The position numbers and the translations under genes were made by a program. A stretch of 64,000 nucleotides of DNA from an uncultured Actinomycetota bacterium (lineage in GTDB: Bacteria; Actinomycetota; UBA4738; HRBIN12): NCBI GenBank assembly GCA_963750945.1, contig CAVVSH010000015.1, positions 554,215-618,214 of the forward strand. Direction: 5' to 3'. Positions 46,163-55,513 of this stretch are shown here, one piece after another (the first letter of the stretch is position 1; each line of letters begins with the position of its first letter). The notes beneath the pieces are model-generated. The model did no database searches, was not told the origin of the DNA, and worked only from the letters and a program-made list of their open reading frames with translations.

Positions 46163-47389
46163 GTGGCCCGCCCTCTGTCCCTCTCGCGGTCGCCGCTTCA
46201 CCACGCGCGGTTCCTCCAGCCACGGCTGCCCGCCTTCTGGCTGTACACGTTGGTCGTCGCGCTCACCGGGATCGTGGCGATCGGAGAACAGAACCTGTTC
46301 CGCGAGATCTCCCCGAGCGGCTGGGCCCTGTCCTGGGGTCTCGTCCTCCTGTACGCCGCGCCCGTCGCGGCGCTGATCTACCTGCTGGATCTGTACGAGC
46401 GGGAGCCGATCCCGCTGCTGGTGGCGGCGTTCGTCTGGGGGGCGGTGGCCGCGACCACCCTGTCCGCGATCGGCAACGCCGGATGGGGGATCGTCGTCGC
46501 CCGTCTCGGAGGAGCCGAGTTCGCGACCCGATGGACGGCGGCGCTGACGGCGCCGTTCGTCGAGGAGATCCTGAAGGGCGTCGGCGTCGTCCTGATCGTC
46601 CTGATCGCACGCGACGAAGTCGACGACGTCATGGACGGGTTCGTCTACGGCGCCCTGTGCGGCCTGGGATTCACGATCGTCGAGGACGTCTTCTACTTCA
46701 TCGCGGTCTTCGGTGGGGACGTCGAGGGCGTGTTGCAGGGATTCTTCGTCCGCGTCATCGCGAGCGGCCTGTACTCCCACGTGTTGTACACGGGGCTGGT
46801 CGGCATGGCGATCGGGATCGTCACGACCCGCCGCGACGACCGTCCCCTCCCCGAGCGGCTGCGTCCCGCCGGTCTGCTCGCCGGCGCCGCCGTCTTCGGT
46901 CACTTCCTCTGGAACTCGCCGTTCCTCGAGTTCTTCCCGCCGCATCCGTGGGAAGGAGTGGAATGGTTCCTGATCCCGGTGGCCACCGCCGTCAAGGGGC
47001 TTCCGCTCTTGCTGTTCGTGGTGCTCCTGGTCCGCCTCGCACACACGCGGGAGCGCCGATGGCTGCACGAGACCCTCGCGTCGGAGCTCGACGAGGGATC
47101 CGTGACCCCCCAGGAACTGGCGATCCTCGAGAGCCCGCGACGTCGTTTCCACGCTCGGCGCGAGCTCCGGCGGCGTGCGGGCGATCGCGCCGCCGACCTG
47201 CTGAAGCGTCTCCAGCGCGAGCAGGTGAACCTCGCGATGGTGCGGTCGCGCGTCGCCTCCGAGGACGATCCCGCGCTCATCCGGCAGCGCGCCGTGTGCC
47301 GGTCGATCCGCGATGCGTTGGAGGCGATCCCCGGCGCCGCATCCGCGGTCGGGAGCGGGCAGCCCGGAGCGGATGGGCCGCTAGGGTGA
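46163..47389 (+). CDS. PrsW family intramembrane metalloprotease
   Basis: PrsW signatures (FVEEILKG and FGHFLWN) in a polytopic membrane protein, plus a cytoplasmic C-terminal domain. Confidence 0.65.
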   Translation: MARPLSLSRSPLHHARFLQPRLPAFWLYTLVVALTGIVAIGEQNLFREISPSGWALSWGLVLLYAAPVAALIYLLDLYEREPIPLLVAAFVWGAVAATTLSAIGNAGWGIVVARLGGAEFATRWTAALTAPFVEEILKGVGVVLIVLIARDEVDDVMDGFVYGALCGLGFTIVEDVFYFIAVFGGDVEGVLQGFFVRVIASGLYSHVLYTGLVGMAIGIVTTRRDDRPLPERLRPAGLLAGAAVFGHFLWNSPFLEFFPPHPWEGVEWFLIPVATAVKGLPLLLFVVLLVRLAHTRERRWLHETLASELDEGSVTPQELAILESPRRRFHARRELRRRAGDRAADLLKRLQREQVNLAMVRSRVASEDDPALIRQRAVCRSIRDALEAIPGAASAVGSGQPGADGPLG

Positions 47390-48336
47390 ACGCCGTGATG
47401 GACGTCGGGGCGCTGGTCGAAGGGGTCTTGGCCGGCGATCGGCGTGCCGTGGCACGCGCGATCTCGGCCGTCGAGGACGACGCCCCCGAGCTGGCGGACC
47501 TCTCCGCCGGCATCTACGGCAAGACCGGGGAAGCGACGACGATCGGCCTGACCGGAGCGCCGGGCGTCGGGAAGTCGACGCTCGCAGGTGAGCTGGTCCG
47601 CATCGCGCGAGGAGAGGACCTCCGCGCCGCCGTGCTCGCCGTCGATCCGACCTCTCCCTATACGGGAGGCGCGCTCCTCGGGGACCGCGTGCGGATGCAG
47701 GACCATGCGGTCGATCCCGGCGTGTTCATCCGGTCGATGGCGACCCGCGGCCACCTCGGCGGGATGGCGCTCGCCGCGCCCGAGGCGGTTCGCATCCTCG
47801 ACGCGGCCGGCTACGACGTGATCTTCGTGGAGACGGTCGGCGTCGGGCAGGCCGAGGTCGACGTGGCGGCGGCCACGGATACCGCTGTCGTGGTGATGGC
47901 GCCGGGGATGGGCGACGCGGTGCAGATGGCGAAGGCCGGCATCCTCGAAGCGGCGGACGTCTTCGTCGTGAACAAGGCGGATCGCGAAGGCGCCCCGGAG
48001 GTCGCGAAGGAGCTCCGGCAGATGCTGCATCTGGGCGCCGCACGGGACTGGGACCCGCCCGTCCTCATGGCGACGGCGGCCAGGAGCGAGGGGGTCGACG
48101 AGGTCTGGGCCGCGGTGCGTCAGCACCGCGACCAGGCCGAGGCGTCCGGCGCGCTCGCCGCGAAGCGGCGAGCGCGCCTGCTCCGGGAGGCGGAGAGCCT
48201 TGCGGCCGAGCGCTTCCGGATCCGCGCCGCCGAGGCGCTCGAGGCCGATCCGGCACTCGGCGACGATCTCGCCGAGCGCCGGATCGACCCCTACCGCGCT
48301 GCGCAGGAGCTCCTCCGCCGCGCCGGCACTCCGTGA
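47386..48336 (+). CDS. meaB: Methylmalonyl-CoA mutase-associated GTPase (MeaB/ArgK)
   Basis: G1 motif GAPGVGKST, VETVGVGQ and NKAD motifs. Confidence 0.85.
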   Translation: MNAVMDVGALVEGVLAGDRRAVARAISAVEDDAPELADLSAGIYGKTGEATTIGLTGAPGVGKSTLAGELVRIARGEDLRAAVLAVDPTSPYTGGALLGDRVRMQDHAVDPGVFIRSMATRGHLGGMALAAPEAVRILDAAGYDVIFVETVGVGQAEVDVAAATDTAVVVMAPGMGDAVQMAKAGILEAADVFVVNKADREGAPEVAKELRQMLHLGAARDWDPPVLMATAARSEGVDEVWAAVRQHRDQAEASGALAAKRRARLLREAESLAAERFRIRAAEALEADPALGDDLAERRIDPYRAAQELLRRAGTP

Positions 48337-48379
48337 ACGTGACGGACTCACGTGTGGTTCGCGGCCGTATCCTCGAAGC

Positions 48380-50014
48380 GTGAGCCCCGAGCGAACACGA
48401 GCCTCGTGGAGCGAGCGTTCGCATCGTTCCCTTTCCGGCGAGCCGGTCCCGGCGGTGGTCGGTCCGGACGATCTCGACGGCTGGGATCCCGACGAGAAGC
48501 TCGGTGAACCCGGCGCGTACCCCTTCACCCGAGGCGCGTACCCCTCGATGTACCGAGGCCGGCTCTGGACGATGCGCCAGTTCGCCGGGTACGGCACGCC
48601 GGCCGAGACGAACGCCCGCTACCGCTTCCTGACCGAGCACGGCCAGACCGGCTTGTCGGTCGCGTTCGACATGCCGACGCTCATGGGCCTGGACTCCGAC
48701 GACCCGCGGAGCGAGGGCGAAGTCGGGCGCTGCGGTGTCGCCACGGATTCCCTCGACGACTTCGAGACGCTCTTCGACAAGATCCCGCTCGGTGACGTCA
48801 CCACCTCGATGACGATCAGCGGGCCCGCGGTCGTCGTGTTCGCGTTCTTCCTCGCCACGGCGGAAGAACAGGGGGTCGACTGGACAACCCTCGACGGCAC
48901 GCTCCAGACCGATATCTTCAAGGAGTACATCGCGCAGAAGGAATGGGTGTTCCCGCCGCGCCCGCACCTGCGGCTCATCGGTGACCTGATGGAGTTCTGC
49001 GCCGAGCACGTGCCCAAGTGGCACCCGATCAGCGTTTCCGGCTACCACATCCGCGAGGCCGGAGCGACCGCAGCGGAGGAGCTCGCGTTCACGCTCGCCG
49101 ACGGATTCGCCTACGTCGAGCTCGGCATGCAGCGCGGCCTCGACGTCGACGTCTTCTCGCCCGCGCTCTCGTTCTTCTTCAACGCACACATCGACTTCTT
49201 CGAGGAGATCGCGAAGCTCCGCGCCGCGCGCCGGATCTGGGCTCGCTGGATGCGCGACCGCTATGGTGCGAAGTCGCCCGAGGCGATGCGCCTGCGATTC
49301 CACACACAGACGGCCGGCGTGTCCCTCACGGCCCAGCAGCCGATGAACAACGTGGTCCGCACCGCGATCGAGGCTCTGGCCGCGGTCCTGGGCGGCACGC
49401 AGTCGCTGCACACGAACGCGCTGGACGAGGTCCTCGCGCTTCCCACCGAGGACACCGCGAAGCTCGCGCTCCGTACCCAACAGGTGATCGCGTTCGAGTC
49501 GGGTGTCCCCGACGTCATCGATCCGCTGGGGGGCTCGTGGTTCGTCGAGGAGGCCACCGACCGGATCGAAGCTCGCGCCGAGGAGATCTTCGCGGAGATC
49601 GAGCAGATGGGGAACGGCTCGATGCTCGAGGGTGTCCTCGAGGGGATCGAGCAGGGCTGGTTCCAACGGCGGATCGCCGAGTCGGCGTTCCAGGAGCAGC
49701 GGCGCTACGAGTCCGGCGACCTCGTGAAGGTGGGCGTCACGGACTTCGTCGACGCGAACGAGACCCCGATCGACACGCTCGTGATCGGAGAGGAGGCGGA
49801 GCGCAGCCAGCTCGAGAGCGTCGGCCGCACCCGCGCCGCTCGCGACGCCGGTGCTGCCGACGACGCCCTCATCGCCCTGAAGGAGGCGGCGACGACCGAC
49901 GCGAACCTGATGGAGCCCATCATCCGGTGTGCCCGGGCCCGCTGCACGGAGGGGGAGATCGTGGGGGCCCTGGCGTCCGTCTTCGGGACGTACCGAGAGA
50001 CACCTGCCTTCTGA
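48380..50014 (+). CDS. Methylmalonyl-CoA mutase large subunit (catalytic N-terminal domain; no B12-binding domain in this ORF)
   Basis: Conserved MCM TIM-barrel blocks (FTRGAYPSMY, RQFAGYGT, FDMPTLMG, HTQTAG). In-frame GTG 48380. About 544 aa, so the B12 subunit must be encoded elsewhere. Confidence 0.85.
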   Translation: MSPERTRASWSERSHRSLSGEPVPAVVGPDDLDGWDPDEKLGEPGAYPFTRGAYPSMYRGRLWTMRQFAGYGTPAETNARYRFLTEHGQTGLSVAFDMPTLMGLDSDDPRSEGEVGRCGVATDSLDDFETLFDKIPLGDVTTSMTISGPAVVVFAFFLATAEEQGVDWTTLDGTLQTDIFKEYIAQKEWVFPPRPHLRLIGDLMEFCAEHVPKWHPISVSGYHIREAGATAAEELAFTLADGFAYVELGMQRGLDVDVFSPALSFFFNAHIDFFEEIAKLRAARRIWARWMRDRYGAKSPEAMRLRFHTQTAGVSLTAQQPMNNVVRTAIEALAAVLGGTQSLHTNALDEVLALPTEDTAKLALRTQQVIAFESGVPDVIDPLGGSWFVEEATDRIEARAEEIFAEIEQMGNGSMLEGVLEGIEQGWFQRRIAESAFQEQRRYESGDLVKVGVTDFVDANETPIDTLVIGEEAERSQLESVGRTRAARDAGAADDALIALKEAATTDANLMEPIIRCARARCTEGEIVGALASVFGTYRETPAF

Positions 50015-50161
50015 GGCCAGTTGCAAGGCGTTGCAAGAACAGGGTAGGCCTGCCTGCATGGCAGTGCGACACGCCGTCGCTCGGCCCTCCTGCCTGCCCT
50101 GCTCCTCGACGGAGGCGCCTGCTCGACGAGCTCGCCCGCCGACGAGTCTCTCGTCCAGGTC

Positions 50162-51051
50162 GTGACGACCGTCTCTCCGATCACCAACATCGTGCAGAAC
50201 GTGGGCGGCGACCGCGTCTCCGTCTCGGGGATCGTGCCGGAGGGAACGAACAGCCACACGTTCGAGCCTGCCCCCGCGGACGCTGCGCTGATGGAGGAGG
50301 CCGAGATCGTCTTCATCAACGGGCTCCACCTCGAGGAGCCCACGCGGGAGCTCGCGGAGGCGAACGTGGGCGAGGAGGTGCCGATCGTCCAGCTCGCCGA
50401 TCGGACGATCTCCGAGGACGAGTACATCTTCGACTTCTCGTTCCCTGAGTCCGAGGGTTTCCCGAACCCCCACCTCTGGACGAATCCTCCCTACGCGAAG
50501 GAGTACGCCGAGATCGTGAAGGCCGAGCTCTCGAAGCTGGATCCTGAGGGGGCGTCGACCTACCAGGAGAACCTCGACGCGTTCGCCCGGCGCCTCGACG
50601 GCCTCGATCAGGCCGTCCGGACCGCGACGGCGACCGTCCCCGAGGAAGACCGGAGGTTGCTCACCTACCACGACTCGTTCCCCTACTTCGCCCGCGAATA
50701 CGGTTGGGAGGTGGTGGGAGCGATCCAGCCGTCGGACTTCGCCGAGCCCACCCCGCAGGAGGTGGCGGGATTGATCGAGCAGATCCGAACGGAAGACCTC
50801 CCCGCGATCTTCGGCTCGGAAGTGTTCCCCAGTCCGGTGCACGAGCAGATCGCGGCGAGACCGGGACGACATACGTGGATGATCTCCGAGACCACGACCT
50901 GCCGGGCGAGGCGGGCGACCCCGACCACAGCTACCTCGGGCTGATGGTGTTCGACTTCACGACGATCGTGGACGCGCTCGGTGGCGACGGCTCGGCCTTC
51001 CAGGGCATCGACGTCGCCAACCTCTCGACCGGCGGCGGGGCTCGATACTGA
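50162..51051 (+). pseudogene. znuA: Metal (Zn/Mn) ABC transporter substrate-binding protein ZnuA/TroA family. Interrupted by a -1 frameshift near 50851, and no canonical start codon precedes the signal peptide.
   Basis: Frame 2 reads ...EQIAAR and then nonsense. The conserved C-terminus (TYVDDLRDHDLPG...LMVFDFTTIVDALGG) continues in frame 1 (track ORF 50704..51051). gcggcgagacc looks like gcggcgGagacc minus one g. The upstream in-frame peptide RRRSALLPALLLDGGAC looks like a lipoprotein signal but has only a CTG start. Confidence 0.65.
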
Positions 51052-51859
51052 TGGAAGATCTCGTCCGCCTCGAGCGGGTCACGTGTCGGTACGGCAGGGA
51101 CCCCGTCCTGGTGAACGTGGATCTCGAGATCGGAGCAGGTGAGTTCGTCGGGATCGTCGGCCCGTCGGGCAGCGGCAAGAGCACCTCCTGAAGGCGATCG
51201 CCGGGTCCGTCGAGCCCATCGCCGGCCGGATCGAACGCGCCTCCGATCTCTCGATCGGCTACGTCCCGCAGGTCGAGACGGTGAACTGGTTCTTCCCGGT
51301 GACCGTGCGCGAGGCGATCCTCATGGCTCGGGTCGACGGTCGGCGGCTGCCCTGGCCGTCGAAGCAGGAGGTCGCGGAAGCAGAGGAGGTGCTCGAGCGG
51401 CTGGACCTCGCGGGCCTCGCGAACCGGCACATCCGGGAGCTCTCGGGCGGGCAACAGCAGCGGGTCTTCATCGCGCGCGCGATGCTCGGGCGACCACGGC
51501 TGCTCCTCCTGGATGAGCCCACCAGCGGGATCGACGTCCGAACCCGTCACGACGTGATGCACGTGATCCACGACTTGCATCACGAGGGCCTCGCGATCGT
51601 GCTGACGACGCACGACCTGAACGGGATCGCGTCGCACCTGCCGCGGCTCGTGTGCCTGAACCGCGAGGTCATCGCGACGGGCTCGCCGCGTCAGGTGATC
51701 ACCAGCGAGGTTCTCGAGAAGACCTACGGCGCGCCACTCGAAGTGCTCTCGCACGGCGGGATGCCGGTGGTGCTCGAGCAGTACCCCGAGCTCCTCGACG
51801 ACCGAGACGGCGCGAAGGTGCTGCCGCTCCGGGAGGACCACCATGAACACCCTGCTTGA
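51051..51859 (+). pseudogene. znuC: Metal ABC transporter ATP-binding protein ZnuC, with a -1 frameshift inside Walker A
   Basis: From ATG 51051: ...GPSGSGKSTS*. The other frame then reads LLKAIAG...VNWFF and joins track ORF 51281..51859 (LSGGQQQR, LLLLDEP, TTHDL). agcacctcctg looks like agcacCctcctg minus one c. Confidence 0.7.
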
Positions 51860-52683
51860 GCCCTTCAGCTACGAGTTCTTCCAGCGGGCGCTCATCGTCG
51901 CCACGATCACCGGCGCTCTCTGCGGGCTGATCGGCGTCTACGTCGTCCTGCGAGGGATGAGCTACATCGGTCACGGCCTGTCGCACGCGATCTTCGGAGG
52001 TGCGGTGGCGAGCTACATCGTGGGTGTCAACGTCTTCCTTGGTGCCGGGCTCTGGGGATTGGTCTCCGCGCTGTTCATCAACAAGGTCGCTCGCCGACGT
52101 TCGATCGGCGCCGATGCAGCGATCGGCGCGATCACGTCGGCGAGCATCGCCATCGGCATCATCCTGATCTCGACGCAGCGGACGTTCATCGTGAACTTCG
52201 AAGCCCTGCTGTGGGGCAACGTGCTGGGCGTCGCCCCCGCCGACGTGCTCGTCGTGCTCGGCGTCGCGATCGCGTCGACGATCTTCGTCTTCTTCGGCTA
52301 CCGCCAGCTGCTGTTCTCGACGTTCGATCCCGAGGTGGCCGAGGTCTCCGGCGTGCGGACCGCTCGCGTCGACGTCGGGCTGGCGGTGATGCTCACCGCC
52401 ACGATCGCCGCGACCATGACCGTGAACGGGTGACGATGATCGCGGCGATGCTCGTGATCCCGCCGGTCATCGGACGCCTCCTCACCGACTCGTTCAGCGG
52501 ATACTGTGGATCTCGGTCGGCGCCGGCACGCTGTGCGGGTTCGTGGGCGTCTACGGTTCGTACTACTTGAACTGGTCCTCGGGCGGCACCGTCGTCCTGG
52601 CCGCCGGAGTCCTGTTCGTCGTGGCCTTCGTGTTCAGCGGCTGGCGGCGCAAGCTCCCTGCACTCGGCGCCGGGGCGCACTGA
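51843..52683 (+). pseudogene. znuB: Metal ABC transporter permease ZnuB, with two -1 frameshifts
   Basis: ABC-3 permease is continuous across three frames (51843..52433, then VTMIAAMLVIPPVIGRLLTDSF, then ILWISVGAGTLCGFVGVY...AH* ending 52683). Single-base losses are inferred at gggtgacg (about 52430) and ttcagcgg (about 52497). Confidence 0.65.
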
Positions 52684-52686
52684 TCG

Positions 52687-53088
52687 TCAGGCGGCAGCGC
52701 AGTCGGCGCACAGACCCGTGATCGCGAAGTGCGTCAGGTCGGCGACGAAGCCGTGATGGCGGCGGATCAGCTTCTGGAGCTTGTCGGCTTCGTCCAGAGA
52801 GAGCTCGTCGTCCTGACCGCAGTTCCGGCAGGTGAGGTGGACGTGGTGCGCCTCGTCCGCCCGGTGGTACTCGGCGCCGGTCTCGACGTGGGAGTGCTGG
52901 AGCACGCCGACGCTCTCCAGGAGGGACAGGGTCCGGTAGACGGTCGAAGCGTTCACGCCCGGCATGTCGCCCTGGATCTTGCGCGCGATGGCGGTCGGGG
53001 AGATGTGACCCTTGGCACGCATCACCTCCGCGACGATCGCTCGGCGCTGTGGCGTCATGCGCAACCCCCGGCTCCGGAGCTGATCCAT
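52687..53088 (-). CDS. zur: Fur family transcriptional regulator, probably Zur
   Basis: 133-aa Fur fold with a winged helix, HHxH and CxxC (CRNCG...CADC) metal sites. Convergent with znuACB. Confidence 0.75.
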   Translation of the reverse strand: MDQLRSRGLRMTPQRRAIVAEVMRAKGHISPTAIARKIQGDMPGVNASTVYRTLSLLESVGVLQHSHVETGAEYHRADEAHHVHLTCRNCGQDDELSLDEADKLQKLIRRHHGFVADLTHFAITGLCADCAAA

Positions 53089-53156
53089 CAGGTCGGTGTA
53101 GGACGCATCCACGAAACGGAATAGTAGCAGCGTGTTGCAGGTGCAAGTTCCGGTCG

Positions 53157-54041
53157 CTACGCCGGCGGCGGGAGGTCCAGGAGCCGAGCCGCCCACGGCA
53201 GGGCAGTTCTCGACTGCATCAGCTGCAGGGGACGGGCGTGAGGTGCCTGTGGGATCGCGGGCAGACCCGCCCGCGCACAGAAATAGCCGGCCAGCAGCGA
53301 CGCGATCGCGGGCAACCCGGGGGTCTCGTCCGGGAGGATCACGTGCGGCGCCGGGCCGCCTTCGGCCTCGAGACTGGGAAGCCAGGAGGCGGTATCCAGC
53401 ACCGGGTTCCCGACGCATGCGCTGTTCCAGTCGACCAGCACGACGCGACCGTCCCGGGCACAGAGGTTGTCGCTCCGCACGTCGAAGTGCAGCAATGAGG
53501 TCCCCCCGATCTCGGCCGTGGCCGACGCCGCCGCGAGCGTGGGCAGGTGATGGAGCCAGTTCGCAGAGCAGAGTCCGAGCGAGAGGAAGGGCTCCGGGTC
53601 GGCGATCACGGCCGGCCAGCCGTCCTGCCCGAACTGGCTCTCGACGGCACCAGGCACCCCTTCGGGCGGCGGCGTCGCATGCACGGACGCGAGGCTCGCG
53701 AGGACGGCGTCGATCCGTGCGAAGTCCCACGGCGGAGGCCACGTCGCACCGGACAGATCCTCGAGGGCGAGCGCGGGGGCCAGCCCGTCGTCATCCCAAC
53801 CGGCCAGGCGCGGGAGGAAGGGCTGCCCGTCGAGCGCCGAGTAGATACGGAACTCGTCTCGCAGCCATTCCGCCGTGTAGTCATAGGCCGCGATCTTCAC
53901 GAACGCCGACCGCCCGTCCTCGAGGTCGACGACGAATCGCCTGTTCGACGGGGCGCCGTGCCCGGACGCAGCACGCCAAGCCACGGGCGCCGACCCGATG
54001 GCGCGGCGCACCCGTTCGACGTCGGCGACGTCGGGCTGCAT
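53157..54041 (-). CDS. Phosphotransferase enzyme family protein (APH/choline-kinase-like)
   Basis: Brenner motif HFDVRSDNL and the Mg site VDWNSA. Confidence 0.7.
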   Translation of the reverse strand: MQPDVADVERVRRAIGSAPVAWRAASGHGAPSNRRFVVDLEDGRSAFVKIAAYDYTAEWLRDEFRIYSALDGQPFLPRLAGWDDDGLAPALALEDLSGATWPPPWDFARIDAVLASLASVHATPPPEGVPGAVESQFGQDGWPAVIADPEPFLSLGLCSANWLHHLPTLAAASATAEIGGTSLLHFDVRSDNLCARDGRVVLVDWNSACVGNPVLDTASWLPSLEAEGGPAPHVILPDETPGLPAIASLLAGYFCARAGLPAIPQAPHARPLQLMQSRTALPWAARLLDLPPPA

Positions 54042-54099
54042 CTCGGGAGGGTAACTGCGTCATGGGACCCAGGCGGTCCGCCGGTAGCATCGCCGGACC

Positions 54100-54981
54100 A
54101 TGACGGTGATGGTGACCGGCGCGTCGGGACTCCTCGGGCGGGCGATCGTGGAGGCTCTGGTCCAACGCGACGAGGTGCGGGCGACCGTCCGGCGCCCCGA
54201 GGCGGGCGAGGCACTCCGCCGGCTGGGCGCGAAGGTGGCGGTGCTCCCGATCGAGGAGCCGGACGAGCTGATCGAGATCCTCCCTCGCGTGCACACGATC
54301 GTGCATCTGGTCGGGGGCGTGAACCAGCCGAGCGACGCAGAGATCTTCGCCGCCAACCACCGCTCGACGCTCGCCGCCGTCGCGGCGGCGAAGGAGGGTG
54401 GGGTTCGCCGGCTGATCCTGCTGTCCGTCCCCGGTGCCGCGGTCGACCACCCGCATCCGTTCCTCCGAGCGAAGGGACTCGCGGAGGAGGTGGTCGTCCA
54501 GAGCGGGCTCGAACACGCGGTGCTCCGGTCCTCCCATGCCTACGGGCTGGGCGGCTTGTGGTTCGCTTCGACGGTGATGGGTGCGGAACACGGCTTCGTC
54601 GTGGGCGACGGGAAACAGCGTGTCGCACCGGTGCTCGCCGAGGACGTGGCGAAGGTGGTCGCGGCGATCGACGATCTACGCGAACCGATCGAGGGCATCT
54701 GGAGGCTCCGCGGTCCGGATGAGCTCACCGCGGACGAGGTGTTCGACCTCGTGGGGGAGGGCGGCGAGCCGACCCACCTCGACCCGCCATCGGGGGCCGA
54801 ACGATTGTCGACCCTCCTCGAGATCCCCGTGTCGGTCCGCGCCACCGAATCCTTCGCCGGGTTGTCGACGGCCGATGCCCTCGAAGCCGCCGCGCCCGAT
54901 GCCGCCGCTGCCTTCGACGTGTCGACCACGCCGTTCGACGATGGCCTCCGAGCGATCGCCGCGAAGGCGGGCGAGGACTAG
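54100..54981 (+). CDS. NAD(P)-binding SDR/NmrA-like oxidoreductase
   Basis: N-terminal VTGASGLLGRA Rossmann motif, atypical SDR/NmrA layout. Confidence 0.75.
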   Translation: MTVMVTGASGLLGRAIVEALVQRDEVRATVRRPEAGEALRRLGAKVAVLPIEEPDELIEILPRVHTIVHLVGGVNQPSDAEIFAANHRSTLAAVAAAKEGGVRRLILLSVPGAAVDHPHPFLRAKGLAEEVVVQSGLEHAVLRSSHAYGLGGLWFASTVMGAEHGFVVGDGKQRVAPVLAEDVAKVVAAIDDLREPIEGIWRLRGPDELTADEVFDLVGEGGEPTHLDPPSGAERLSTLLEIPVSVRATESFAGLSTADALEAAAPDAAAAFDVSTTPFDDGLRAIAAKAGED

Positions 54982-55060
54982 GGATGTCTCCAAGGATGGA
55001 CTTAAGCTCTGCCGGTAGGTCGCGACGGCGACCGCCACCACAGGAGGAGCGAGCGGATCG

Positions 55061-55513
55061 ATGGACCAGCCAACGGCGGAGCACGCGCTCCGAGAGCTCG
55101 AGCCTCTGGTCGGCGAGTGGACCATGGAGGCGAAGTGGCCCGACGGAGAGCAGTGGCAAGGCGGGGGAAGGGTCACCTTCGAGTGGCACGCCTCGGGGGC
55201 ACATCTGGTCGAACACGGGACGGTCGAGCTTCCCGAAGCGCCGGACAACATCTCGATCATCGGATGTGACGCGGCCAACGGCAGGTACTTCCAGTTGTAC
55301 TCCGACGATCGTGGCGTCTGCCGCGTCTACGAGATGAGCATCGGCAACGGCGAGTGGAAGCTCTGGCGGGAGGGCGAGCCGTTCGCCCAGCGCTTCACCG
55401 CGACGTTCAGCGACGACGGGAACACGATCACCGGACGCTGGGAGATCGCCGAGGACGGCGCCGACTACACGACCGACTTCGACCTCATCTACCGCAGGGT
55501 GCGCGATGCCTGA
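55061..55513 (+). CDS. Hypothetical protein (DUF1579-like beta-barrel)
   Basis: 150 aa. Tentative similarity of the LVGEWT...ITGRWEI pattern to DUF1579. Confidence 0.4.
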   Translation: MDQPTAEHALRELEPLVGEWTMEAKWPDGEQWQGGGRVTFEWHASGAHLVEHGTVELPEAPDNISIIGCDAANGRYFQLYSDDRGVCRVYEMSIGNGEWKLWREGEPFAQRFTATFSDDGNTITGRWEIAEDGADYTTDFDLIYRRVRDA

